Positions 36,239-49,200 are shown, counted from the first letter of the stretch. The stretch is 64,000 nt of DNA from Mobula hypostoma (GCF_963921235.1 NC_086097.1:176268001-176332000), one strand, 5' to 3'. Notes: generated from the letters alone by a model not told the origin. Numbers and translations are program-made.

Positions 36239-39200
36239 AACCATAGAACCATAGAAACTACAGCACAGAAACAGGCCCTTTGGCCCTTCTTGGCTGTGCC
36301 GAACCATTTTCTGCCTAGTCCCACTGACCTGCACACGGACCATATCCCTCCATACACCTCCCATCCATGTATCTGTCCAATTTATTCTTAAATGTTAAAA
36401 AAGAACCCGCATTTACCACCTCGTCTGGCAGCTTATCCCAAACTCCCACCACTCTCTGTGTGAAGAAGACCCCCTAATGTTCCCTTTAAACTTTTCCCCC
36501 TCACCCTTAACCCATGTCCTCTGGTTTTTTTCTCCCCTTGCCTCAGTGGAAAAAGCCTGCTTGCATTCACTCTATCTATACCCATCATAATTTTATATAC
36601 CTCTATCAAATCTCCCCTCATTCTTCTACGCTCCAGGGAATAAAGTCCTAACCTATTCAACCTTTCTCTGTAACTGAGTTTCTCAAGTCCCGGCAACATC
36701 CTTGTAAACCTTCTCTGCACTCTTTCAACCTTATTTATATCCTTCCTGTAATTTGGTGACCAAAACTGAACACAATACTCCAGATTCGGCCTCACCAATG
36801 CCTTATACAACCTCATCATAACATTCCAGCTCTTATACTCAATACTTCGATTAATAAAGGCCAATGTACCAAAAGCTCTCTTTACAACCCTATCTACCTG
36901 TGACGCCATTTTTAGGGAATTTTGTATCTGTATTCCCAGATCCCTCTGTTCCACTGCACTCCTCAGTGCCTTACCATTAACCCTGTATGTTCTACTTTGG
37001 TTTGTCCTTCCAACGTGCAATACCTCACACTTGTCTGTATTAAACTCCATCTGCCATTTTTCAGCCCATTTTTCCAGCTGGTCCAAGTCCCTCTGCAGGC
37101 TCTGAAAACCTTCCTCACTGTCTACTACACCTCTAATCTTTGTATCATCAGCAAATTTGCTGATCCAATTTACCACATTATCATCCAGATCATTGATATA
37201 GATGACTAATAACAATGGACCCAGCACTGATCCCTGTGGCACACCACTCGGCCTCCACTCGGAGAAGCAATTCTCTACTACCACTCTTTGGCTTCTTCCA
37301 TTGAGCCAATGTCTAATCCAATTTACCACCTCTCCATGTATACCTAGCGAGTGAATTTTCCTAACTAACCTCCCATGCGGGACCTTGTCAAAGGCCTTAC
37401 TGAAGTCCATGTAGACAATATCCACTGCCTTCCCTTCATCCACTTTCCTGGTAACCTCCTCGAAAAACTCCAATAGATTGGTCAAACATGACCTACCACG
37501 CACAAAGCCATGTTGACTTTCCCTAATAAGTCCCTGTCTATCCAAATGCTTGTAGATTCTGTCTCTTAGTACTCCCTCCAATAATTTACCTACTATCGAT
37601 GTTAAACTTACTGGCCTATAATTTCCCGGATTACTTTTCGATCCTTTTTTAAACAACGGAACAACATGAGCCACTCTCCAATCCACCGGCACCTCACCTG
37701 TAGACAGCAACATTTTAAATATTTCTGCCAGGGCCCCTGCAATTTCAACACTCGTCTCCTTCAAGGTCCGAGGGAACACTTTGTCAGGTCCCGGGGATTT
37801 ATCCACTTTAATTTTCCTCAAGACAGCAAGCACCTCCTCCTTTTCAATCTGTATAGTTTCCATGGTCTCACTGCTTGATTCCCTCAATTCCATAGATTTC
37901 ATGCCAGCTTCCTTAGTAAATACAGACGCAAAAAACCTATTTAAGATCTTCCCCATTTCCTTTGGTTCCGCACAAAGCCGAACACTCTGATCTTCAAGAG
38001 GACCAATTTTATCCCTTACAATCCTTTTGCTCTTAATATACTTGTAAAAGCTCTTTGGATTATCCTTCACTTTGACTGCCAAGGTAAACTCATGTCTTCT
38101 TTTAGCCCTCCTGATTTCTTTCTTAAGTATTTTCTTGCACTTCTTATACTCCTCAAGCACCTGATTTACCCCCTGTTTCCTATACATTTCATACAACTCC
38201 CTCTTCTTCTTTATCAGAGTTGCACTATCCCTTGAGAACCAAGGTTCCTTATTCCTATTCAATTTGCCTTTAATCCTGACAGGAACATACAAACTCTGCA
38301 TTCTCAAAATTTCCCCTTTGAAGTCTTCCCACCTACCAATCACATCTTTGCCAGAGAACAACTTGTACCAATCCACGCTTTTTAGATCCTTTCTCATTTC
38401 TTCAAATTTGGCCTTCTTCCAGTTCAGAACCTCAACCCTAGGACCAGATCTATCCTTATCCATGATCAAATTGAAACTAATGGTGTTATGATCACTGGAA
38501 CCAAAGTGCTCCCCTACACAGACTTCTGTCACTTGCCCTAATTCGTTTCCTAACAGGAGATCCAATATTGCATCCTCTCTAGTTGGTCCCTCTATATATT
38601 GATTTAGAAAACTTTCCTGAACAAATTTTACAAACTCTAAACCATCTAGACCCCTAACAGTATGGGAGTCCCAATCAATGTATGGAAAATTAAAATCCCC
38701 TACCACCACAACTTTATGTTTCCTGCAGTTGCCTGCTATCTCTCTGCAGATTTGTTCTTCTAAGTCTCGTTGACTATTGGGTGGTCTGTAATACAATCCC
38801 ACTAATGTGGCCATACCTCTCCTGTTTCTCAGCTCCACCCATAAGGACTCAGTAGACAAGCCCTCTAATCTGTCCTGCCTGAGCACTGCTGTAATATTTT
38901 CCCTAACAAGCAATGCTACTCCCCCACCTTTCATTCCTCTGCCTCGATCACATCTGAAACATCAGAACCCTGGAATATTAAGCTGCCAGTCCTGCCCTTC
39001 CTGTAGCCAAGTTTCACTAATTGCCACAACATCATAATTCCACGTGTCAATCCACGCCCTCAACTCATCCGCCTTCCCCGCAATACTCCTAGCATTGAAA
39101 TATATACACCTCAGAAGATTTTTACCACCACTCACAACCTTTCTATCAGCGGATTTGCTTAAACTTTCAACATCATTTATTTTCAGCCCAGCCACACTGT

Positions 39201-39243
39201 CAGCTCTGGCACTCTGGTTCCCATCCCCCTGCAAATCTAGTTT
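36239..39243 (-). mobile_element. Young CR1 LINE with nearly intact ORF2 (APE endonuclease + RT)
   Basis: 833-aa ORF 36433-38934 is in frame with the upstream EN start (YFNARSI..ISETW), separated by one TGA at 38962-38964; GVPQGSVLGP, KFADD; C-terminal frameshift ~36490; tail with (TTCTATGG)n. Confidence 0.93.
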
Positions 39244-39257
39244 ATAGCCTCCCCAAT

Positions 39258-39340
39258 AGAAGAGGCAGATTAATAGTTTGGTACGGAGTAGATGGGCTGA
39301 AAAGCCTGTTTCTGTGCTGTTGTGTTCTCTGACCATATAA
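39258..39340 (+). mobile_element. CR1 3' terminus (fragment E, following fragment D at 36178-36238)
   Basis: aggcagattaatagtttggtacggagtagatgggctgaaaagcctgtttctgtgctg continues gggctatggtccagatgca at 36210. Confidence 0.65.
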
Positions 39341-40747
39341 GTTATGGAAAACAGTGGCATAAACTTTCCTTGGATTAAATGAACTCCAACAGTTGAAGGT
39401 AAAATGTGAGAGACTCTGCAAATATTGGAAATCTTGAATAACATGCACAAAATGCTTGACGAACTCAGAAAGCCAAGCTACCTTGCAACTCAAGAAGCTT
39501 GACTTGCCGAGTTCCTCCAGCAGTTGAGGGTTAAACTTTTCAAGATGGAAATGTGATCATTTTAAGGTAAAGTGCTGCTATCAGATAACAACCCAGACTT
39601 TAGCTCATTGACAAAAGCTAAATGAATAATAGATATCCGGACTACAATCAATTGTTCAAATTTAATTCAGGCAGAGGCATCGGGAAAACAAGATTTCCTT
39701 CTCTGACAGATCTCTATGTAACTAAAGCAAGAGGTGAAATGTTTAAAAGGGACCCAAAAGGCAAATTCATCACACAGAGTGGTGGATACGCAGAATGTGC
39801 TGCCAGAGCAGGTACTAGGACACTTTTAAAGGATACTTGGCTAAGTACATTAAAAGGAGGAGTTAAGAGTGTTATGGGCCTGACACAGGCAACTGAGTTT
39901 ACCTTGGTGACACCTACAATCGGCATGGACAACTGAGCTTTCTTGGCTGTGGAATCTATGTAGTTGGACCAGGACAGGCTATTGATGATAGCACAGTCTC
40001 CAGTGCAACATCATCTTCAGTTTACTTATTTGATACTGATCTGTTGAGCTGATTCCATGCCATAATGGAAGATGAAGTTTCTCCACACAAAACATCAACT
40101 GTTTATTCATTTCCAGGGTGCTGCCTGATCAGCTGAGTTCCTCCAGCATTTTGAGTGTGTTACTTTGTGTTTCTTCTATATCGCTTGCTTCATGTTCCGA
40201 AAGCTTTCCATAGTCAGTGACACAATTTATGGTCTGGCAATTTTAGAAGTGTATATTAGCCTTAGGCACCAAGATTAAATTTCAGGAATTGTACTGCAGT
40301 AGATTTTACATCAATCAGATAAGGCTCCTGTCATTTGAAAGATAAAAACCACCAAACCCTACACCATTTTGTAATCCATTCATCCTTTACTCAGATAAAC
40401 ACAGATCTCACAACAGATTAGATGGGTGTTAGTGGGGAGGTATGAAGCAGTAGAGTGCAGATTTTCACAAACAAGAGAAAATCTGCAGATGCTGCAAATC
40501 CAAGTAACACAAACAAAACAAAATGCTGGAGGAACTTAGCAGGCCAAGCAACATCTATGGAAAAGAGTACAGTTGACGTTTTGGGCTGAGACCCTTCATC
40601 AGGACAGAAGAAAAAAAAGATGAGGAATATGGGTTTACACACAAAATGCTGGAAAACTCAGCAGGCCAGGTAGCATCTATGGAAAAGAGTCAGTCAACAT
40701 TTCGGGATGAGACCCTTCAGCAGGACTGGAGAAAAAAAGATGAGGTC

Positions 40748-41820
40748 TGTGAGGGGATCCTGGAGCACCCCTATCCTGACGAAGGGTCTCGGCCTGAAAC
40801 GTCGACTGCACCTCTTCCTATAGATGCTGCTTGGCCTGCTGCATTCACCAGCAACTTTGATGTATGTTGCACCCCTATTAACTGTGCTTTTGAAGAGAGA
40901 GAGAGAGTTATTTAACACCAACAACTTGTTTTTAAAAGAGAGAGAGAGAGAGAGAGAGAGAAAGATTAACAGTTGGACTGTCACTTTAAGGCACTGGAAG
41001 TAACTTTGAATTTCTACTGAGTTTGAAGTTGGAGACAACGCATCTCGTAAGTTGCTATGGTGACCGAAGGCAGTGTTATTTAATGGACACTCGATGTTAA
41101 GATTTTCGGCAAGTTGTTGACATTTTCTTCAAGGTTTTGCCTGCTTGCATTTCTTACACAGACAAAGGAAGGAGGGATTATTTGAATGACAGGTGATGCT
41201 CAGTACAGTGAGATAAATAGGAGGTCAGATGATACAGACCTCAGACACATGATCTGGACACTGAATGAGCATTGTTGTGCCCGCAGAAAAGTGGGTTTTG
41301 GAGGATCGATCAGGCAGATCGATCCAATTGCTTTTGCGGTGGAAGGAGGAGAAGGGGTTGACTGGTGGGGAGTTGTCTATGTGTCCACCCTCGCCTGGGT
41401 GATAGCTCCACCACAGAAAATCGGTCCCCTTTGTTAAAGTCACAGTCGGTGACTTGTAAAGGATTTTGGAGGATGAGAAGATCGACAGCATCAGCTCATC
41501 TGAAGACTCAAATCTCTCCCTCTCTCTCTCTCTCTCCATCACTACTCAACTAAATACCACGAACTGAACTGAACTGAACTTTACTCATCATCGTAAGACT
41601 GTATCTTTTTACCCCTAGACTTTAAAAAGCTTGGTTTTTCATACATATATTTCTACACTTACTGATTTACTTACTTCATTGCTAACCTGTTTGATTTATC
41701 TACATTTATATTACTGTACTGCGTAGTTACTAATAAATATTATTACTTTATAGCAATACTGCACTCCAAAGTGTTTTCCATCTCTGCTGGTGCTTTATTC
41801 CCATCACGGGGTACATGACA
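40748..41820. mobile_element. Solo LTR
   Basis: TGTGA...TGACA termini, 4-bp TSD GGTC 40744-40747/41821-41824, non-coding, AATAAA near the right end. Confidence 0.75.
40775..40868 (+). mobile_element. 94-nt Penelope-derived mini-insertion (hammerhead core + tail)
   Basis: cCTGACGAagggtctcggcctGAAACGTCgactg...gtatgtt; TSD GCACCCCTAT 40765-40774/40869-40878. Confidence 0.8.
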
Positions 41821-42759
41821 GGTCAGAGTAAGACAGTGGGGGGAAGGGAGGGAGAAACACAAGGTGATAGGTGAAACCGGGAAGGAGGGGGGTGAAGTAA
41901 AGAGAGTGGGGATGTTGATTGGTGAAAGACGTATAGGGCTGGAGAAGGGGGAATTGAATAGGAGAGGACAGAAGGCCAAGGAAGAAAGAAAAGGGAGGAG
42001 GAGCATCAGAGGGAGGCAATGGACAGGCAAGGAGATAAGGTGAGAGATGGAAAAGGGAATGGGGAGTAGCGACGGAGAGGGGATTGCATTACCAGAAGTT
42101 CGAGAAATCGATGTTCATGCCATCGGAATGCAACCTTCCAAGTCTAATGCCTTAGTCTTGTGGAACCTGTTGAATTCTGTAGATATGCTGTCCTAGACTT
42201 CCCTTAACTACTTTGCCTCCTGATTTCAAGCTCTTCAATCCCTTTCTGCGTGACAGCACTTTGTCATCACCACACGGCAGCTCTGACTTTGCCACAACTG
42301 GAATCTTGCAAACCTTCTGGAATGAATAATGAATTTTCCAACATCACATAAACTGCTCTCTCATTATCATTATCACCCTGTTTCAGAGTCATATTTATTA
42401 TCATTGATTGATATGCTGTGCAATTTGTTTCTTTGAAATACCTCGATAACAGGAAGCCCTCGTGCTCCTTTTGTTCTCATTTCCCTTCATCATTCTCTCT
42501 ATAGCATTTTGTCTTACTCCTCTTTCCTCTTCTGTTTTCTCTCTGAATACTGACTTCCATCTCTCTTTTCCTTTGTTCTGAGGGAAGGTGCCTGACTAGA
42601 GATGTTAAACCGTTCCTTCTCAAACATTGAAAGGGTGTATTACCTGGGGGTGGTGGGGGGAACGTTCACAAGAGAGGTAATGGTCCTCTGGTTTAAAGAG
42701 AAAACACTAACACTACAGATTGTGTTGACCATAGGACACAGAGATTTATAGAGCAAAAT

Positions 42760-43390
42760 TACACAGTCACAGGCCCTCCAGCCCAGTCAGTCCACGCCAA
42801 CCCAAATGTGTGTGTTTGGCCCACATCCCTCTAAGCCACTCTGCTCCATGTACTTGTTCAAGTGTTTCTTAAATCATACTATGTACCTGCCTCAACTGTT
42901 TCCTCTGGCAGTTTGTTCCATATACTCAACACCATCTGCATGGAAAAAAAAGTTTTCATGCCCTCAGGTCAGTTTTAAATCTTTCCCCTCGTAATCTAAA
43001 CCTGTGCCCCACACACAAAATGCTGGAGGAATTCAGCAAGCCAGGCAGCATCTATGGAAAAGAGTACAGTCCACATTTTGGGTTAAGACCCTCCAGCATG
43101 ACTATGCCCCCTAGTTTTGATCTGCCCTCTCCTGGGGAAAAGTCTGTAAACACCCACCTTATTTATGCCTCATAATTTCTATAAGTCACCCCTCATTCTC
43201 CTGCATTTTAAAGAAATAAGATCTAGTCCGGATAACCTCTCCCTATTATACAGGCCCTGTAGAGCTGCCAACACTCTTGTAAATTTTTTGTGCATTTTTT
43301 CACGTTTAACCATGTCTTTCTAATAATAGGATGATTCAAAGTTGGTCATAGTACTCCAAGTGCAGCCTCACCAACAACTTGATAAATCTA
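42760..43390 (-). mobile_element. CR1 3' fragment containing a 91-nt PLE mini-insertion (43011-43101)
   Basis: CR1 3' motifs on the minus strand; insert flanked by CTGTGCCCC/CTATGCCCC. Confidence 0.7.
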
Positions 43391-43409
43391 AACCAAACAC
43401 AGGGAGGGA

Positions 43410-44740
43410 GACAAATGCTGGAATTTGGGGCAACACACAAAAAGCACTGGAGGAACTCAGTGGGTCAGGCTGCATCTATGGGAGGAAATGGACAGTTGCC
43501 ATTTTGGGTTAAGATGCTTCATCAGGACTAGAAAGAATTGGGAGAAATTCAGTATAAAGAAGTGGGAGGATGGGGTGGATCAAGAGCTAGGAGGTTATAT
43601 TAAATCCAGGTGAGGCATTGATAGGGAGGTGAGGAAGAGGGAGAGTGTGATGGATGCAAGAAGCTGGGAGGTGATAGGCAGAAGTGACAAAGTGCTAAAG
43701 AAGAGAGAGGCTGAGAGGAGAGGACAACTGAGCATGGAATCAAGGGAGGGAGGTGTGGTGAGGAATTGGAGACAGTAATGGATGGGTGAGGGGGGGTAAG
43801 AGATAGCGTGATGGAGCCAGTTAAACCAGAATGAGAGGAAGAAAAGAAAAATAGGGGGAAAGTAGACAGAGGGAAACAGTTACTGTAAGTTTGAGAAACT
43901 GATGTTCATATTGCCAGGTTTGAGGCTGTCCAGGCAGATTATAAGGTGCTGTTCCATTAATTTGTGTTCAAGTTCAAGTCTAATTTTCATTTAGCCATAC
44001 ATGAATACCCATGAATACAGCCAAATGAAACAGCAATACACTGGGACCAAGGTGCAAAACACAGTACCAACAGTTACATACAGCACAAGACACACATGAT
44101 AGAGCAAGCACATATAAGGTAACAGTAAATAACAGTCACAGACCCTGAGTCCCTGAAGGTTGCAGCAGTCTGCATACAAACACAATAAAGCCTCTCTTCT
44201 GCCGAGTGAACTCTGGGGAGCAGCACCGACTCCAGTTTGGAGCACACCGACTCTGACGCCTCTCTCTAGGGTGGCTGTAAACAGGTGACATAGCAGCTCA
44301 AGGCATAGCCCTTGCTGTGACCGAGGCAACGCAACTCCTCTGCCATCCGACTCTGCCGTCTTCCAATAAATCAGTGAATTGGACGTGCAGCAAAGCAATG
44401 TTTGGCTGTGACCATGCAGTGGAAAAGGCTGTGGATAGGTATGTACCATGTGGGCTGAAAGGAACTGTACTGTGCACTACAGTTTGCAATAAATCATTTC
44501 CTCCAGCAGATGCTGTTCGACTCACTGATTTCCTCCAGCACATTGCTTGTTGCTTTAGATTCCAGAATCTGCAGTCTCCTGTGTTTCTGGCCAGCAGCGT
44601 ATCGAGCAAAGATGACTGTTTGGTGATGCGGTCATGCTATATGCCTTCAGTCTCACTGATGTAGAGGAGGCTACAAAGAGAGCCCTGTATGCAATAAATA
44701 ACACAGGATGATTCATTTGTGAAAGGTTGTCTCACTGGGA
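43410..44740 (-). mobile_element. Old Penelope fragment interrupted by a non-autonomous SINE-like element (~43966-44420)
   Basis: PLE tail and GIY-YIG remnants; SINE-like piece with (TTGAAC)n tail related to 4076-4209. Confidence 0.6.
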
Positions 44741-45255
44741 CTATTTATTGCTCTGTATTTGTTTTTTTGTAAACTCCCTTCTTCCTCCTTGCTTCGACCT
44801 GTGCAGCATATCTTCCAGCTTTGCATTTCACATCCACTGTATGTTCCATGTTCTCACTCTCTGATTGCATCCATTCACTCATTGACAGTCCATCAACAAA
44901 TTGAGCAGTATTTTGAAGCCATTGAAATAGCTGATGAAAAATAAGTGGCAATGTTGCTGAGTGCAATAAGTGGAAGAGCATACTTTTTGCATAGAGGTTT
45001 AACTGCTCCAACTAAAGTAGCTGGAATGGAACTTTGCTGCTATCATGAGCATAATACAGGAACATTTAGAACTGAAACCATTATTGATTACAGAACACTT
45101 TAGGTTTCATATGTGGGAAAAAAAAGGATGGGAAGTAAATATCAGCTTATGTGGCTGAATTGAAGAAATTCTTGGTGCATTATCAGTTTAGTGATGGGTT
45201 CGATGATGCATTGAGAGATTGTTTAGCTTGTTGGATCTTACAAGAAAACATTCAA

Positions 45256-45892
45256 GGTACATAAGGTCATAAAGAAAGCACTTAGCATATTGGCCTTCAT
45301 AAATCAAAGCACTGAATTCAGGAGATTGGGTGTTATTTTGAAATTGCGTAGGATGTTGGTGAGGCCTGATTTGGAATATTGTGTGCAGTTTTGGTCACTT
45401 ACATACAGGAAAGATGTAAATAAGGTTGAAAGAGTACAGAGAAAGTTTACAAGGATGTTGCCAGGACTGGAGGATCAGAATCATAAGAAAAGATTGAATA
45501 GGTTAGGACTTTATTCCTTGGAATGTAGAAAAATGAGGGGAGATTTTGAGAGGTATACAAATTTATAAGGGGTAGAAATAGGGTAAATGCAGGCAGACTT
45601 TTTCCACAGACACAACAACAAGAGGTCAAGGGTTATGGGTGAAAGATGAAAAGTTTAAGGGGAATGTGAGGGGAAACTTCATTCAGAGGATCATGAGAGG
45701 GGAGAACAAGATGCCAGCACAAGTTGTGCATGTGAGCTCGATTTCAATATTGAAATTTGTTTAGGTTTGTAGGGTTATGGAGGGCTACGGCCGTGGTGCA
45801 GGTTGAAGGGAGCAGACAGTTTAAATACTTTGGTACAAACTGAATGAGTTGAAGGGCCTGTTTCTGTACTGTACTTTTCTATAACTCTATGA
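45256..45892 (+). mobile_element. CR1 3' fragment
   Basis: AFINQSTE..LVRPDLEYCVQFWS; CR1 tail. Confidence 0.8.
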
Positions 45893-46146
45893 ATTGCAAA
45901 ACAGTTCCTAACTGAAGCAGACCTCATATTTAAAAGAGCAGTTGAAAGTGCTGTATCAATGGAAACAGCAGCCAGAGATGCAAATGAGTTGCGGTCAGGA
46001 ATGAATGAGAGCAGGAACAAAATGGCACCATCTAAACACAAACCTGCCTAGCCAAACAAATTGTGTTACTGTTGTGGCAGGAACACACATAGACCAGACC
46101 AATGCAGGTTTAAAGTCAAAACTTCCAGAAAATGCCAAAAAGTAGG

Positions 46147-48333
46147 ATTTAATTGGTTTAGGGGGAAATATGATGCTATTAGGCGGAAACTTAGGAGCAT
46201 AAATTGGGAACAAATGTTCTTGGGGGAAAAGCACAGCAGAAATGTGGCAAATATTCAGTGAACATTTCCATGGCATTCTGCATAGGTATGTTCCATTGAG
46301 GCAGGGAAAGGATGGTAGGGTAAAAGAACCACGGTGTACAAATAATGTAGAAAATCTAGTTACGAAGAAAAGAAAAGCTTACGAAAGGTTAAAGAAACTA
46401 GGTACTGTTAAAGCTCTAGAAAATTACAATGTTGCCAGGAAGGAGCTTAAGAATGAAATTGGGAGAGCTAGAAGGGGCCACGAGAAGGGCTTGGCGAGCA
46501 GGATTAAGGAAATCCCCAAGGCATTCTACAAGCATGTGAAGAGCAAGAGGATGAGCTGTGTGAGAATAGGACCAATCAGGTGCAATAGTGGGAACGTGTG
46601 CATGGAGTCAGAGGAGGCAGCTGAAGTACTTAATGAATACTATGCTTCAGTATTCACCAGGGAAAAGGATCTTGGTAATTGTGGGGATGACTTCCAGTGG
46701 ACTGAAATGCTTGAGCATATAGACATTAAGAAAGAGGATGTGCTGGAGCTTTTGAAAAGAATTAAATTAGTTAAGTTGCTGGGTCCAGATGAGATATACC
46801 CCAGGCTACTGTGGTACGCGAGGGAAGAGATTGCTGAGGCCCTGGCAATGATCTTTGCTTCACGAATAGCGATGGGAAAGGTACCGAGGATTGGAGGTTT
46901 GCAAACTTTGTTCCCTTGTTCAAGGAAGGGAGTAGAGATAACTCAAGAAATTATAGACCAGTGAATCTTATTTCAGTGGTGGGCAGGTTGTGGGAGATGA
47001 TTCTGAGAGGCAGGATTTATGAGCATTTGGAGAGGCGTAATCTGATGAGGGATAGTCAGCATGGCTTTGTCAAGGGCAGGTCGTGCCTTACAAACCTGAT
47101 TGAATTCTTCGATGATGTTAAAAAAAAACACATTGATGAAGGTCGAACAGTGGATGTAGTGCATCTGGATTTCAGTAAGGTATTTGATAAGGTTCCCCAT
47201 GCAAGGCTCATTCAGATAGTAAGGAAGCCTTGCATTGTGGATCCGGAATTGCCCACAGAAGGCAAAGGGTGGTTGTAGATGTTTCGTATTCTGCATGGAG
47301 GTCTGTGACCAGGGGTGTTTCACAGGGATCTGTTCTGGGACCCCTCCTCTTTGTGATTTTTACAAATGACCTGGATGAGGAAGAAGGGTGGGTTAGTAAG
47401 TTTGCTGACGACACAAAGGTTGGGGATGTTGTGGATAGTCTGGAGGGTTGTCATAGGTTATGACAACCCTCTAGACTATAGGACATCGATAGGATGCAGA
47501 ACTGGGTTGAGAAGTGGCAGATGGAGCTCAACCTAGAAAAGCGTGAAGTGGCTCATTTTGGTAGGTCAAATTTGAAGACAGAATATGATATTAATGGTAA
47601 GATTCTTGGCAGTGTGGAGGATCAGTGAGATCTTGGGGTCCGTGTCTACAGGACACTCAAAGCTGCTGCGCAGGTTGGCAGTGTTGTTAAGAAGATGTAT
47701 GGTGTGTTGGCCTTCATCAACCATGGGATTCAGTTCAAGAGCCATGAGGTAATGTTACAGCTATATAAGACCTTGGTTGGACCTCACTTGGAGTACTGTG
47801 TTTAGTTCTGGTCGCCTCACTACAGAAAGATGTGGATACTATGGAGAAGGTGCAGAACAGATTTAAAAGGATGTTGCCTGAATTGGAGAGTGTGCCTTAT
47901 GAGAATAGGTTGAGTGAACTTGGCCTTTTCTCCTTGGAGTGACGGAGGATGAAAGGTGACCTGATAGAAGTGTATAAGATGATGAGAGTTGTTGATCGTG
48001 TGGATAGCAAGAGGCTTTTTTCCAGGGCTGAAATGGCTAACATAAGGGGGTATAGTTTTAGGGTGCTTGGAAGTAGGTACAAGGACGATGTCAGAGGTAA
48101 GTTTTTCACACAGAGAGCGGTGGGTGTGTGGAATGACTGCTAGTAATGGTGGTAGAGGCAGGTACAATAGGGTCTTTTAAGAGACTCCTAGATAGGTCCA
48201 TGGAGCTTAGGAAAATAGAGGGTCACATGCCAGGGAAATTCCAGGCAGTTTCTAGAGTAGGTTACATGGTCAACACAAGATTGTGGGCTGAAGGGTTTGT
48301 AATGTGCTGCAGATTTCTATGGTCTATGTTCTA
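46147..48333 (+). mobile_element. CR1 ORF2 (5'-truncated, frameshifted)
   Basis: ORFs 46242-46964, 46916-47278, 47230-47463 (SQGSVLGP, KFADD); tail ttctatggtctatgttcta. Confidence 0.88.
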
Positions 48334-48357
48334 ATACCAAGTTTACTGAATTTAATT

Positions 48358-49200
48358 GACAATACTCCAAGTGTGGCCTGACTAGTGTCTTATTAAGCCT
48401 CAGTATTACCTCCTCGCTTCTATATTCTATTCCCCTTGAAATGAATGCCAACATTGCATTTGCCTTTTTTTTAACCACAGAGTCAACCAATAAATTAACT
48501 GATGTTTTCCCTGCCCTCTCTTGACAGTTACCCATTTATCTGTCTTCTGTAGCCTTGGGGTGACTACCTCCCTGTAACTCATGTCTTTCACCTCCTCATT
48601 TTCCCTAACAAGCCAAAGTTCATTGAGCTGCAGCTCCAGTTCACTAACACAGTCTCTAAGGAGATGCATCTCAATGCACCTGGTGCAGTTGTGGCCACTG
48701 GGGAGACTTGAAGTCTCCTGGAAATCCCGCATCTGACATCCTGAACAGACACTGGCTCTGTAGACATACCCCCTACTCTTTCAACAGTTAAATAAGAAAT
48801 GAACTTAACTACTTACCTTGCCTCTGCCTGTTCTCACTGAAGCCTTACCACTCTGACTCAGACCACCCCCACAATGACCAATCTGCTGGGGCGGGGGGAG
48901 GGGGGTTCCTCTTTTTTATGGAGACTGGGTTTTCCAAGCTCTGCTCTGGACCTGCGCGGGAATACTTCTACTGCATCTGCACCGCTGTCCAATCAAAGGC
49001 TCCTGCTGAAAACTGGCTGCTGTATCAAGCTCCGTTCCAGACCTATGCAGGAACACTTCTACTGCGTCTGCTCCACTGTCCAATCAAATGTGTCTCCCAG
49101 AATTCCCACCTCTCACACAAAGAACACAACACAACCCCTGGAGCCATTCTCGCTGCACTAACACATGAAAAGTGAGGAAGAAATTAAGAAATTATCTTGC
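48358..49200 (-). mobile_element. Internally deleted CR1 (putative 5' UTR, ORF1 N-term joined to ORF2 C-term)
   Basis: ORF1-like CTRCIE..LLRDCVSELELQL directly followed by ANAMLAFISRGIEYRS..LVRPHLEYC. Confidence 0.65.

Larger units (their letters stand above)
40466..42125 (-). mobile_element. Penelope tail/pseudo-LTR with tandem terminal duplication, split by a solo LTR
   Basis: Reverse-complement PLE tails at 40466-40625 and 40637-40745 with decayed hammerhead motifs; resumes 41821-42125 up to gatggcatgaacatcgatttctc. Confidence 0.75.
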
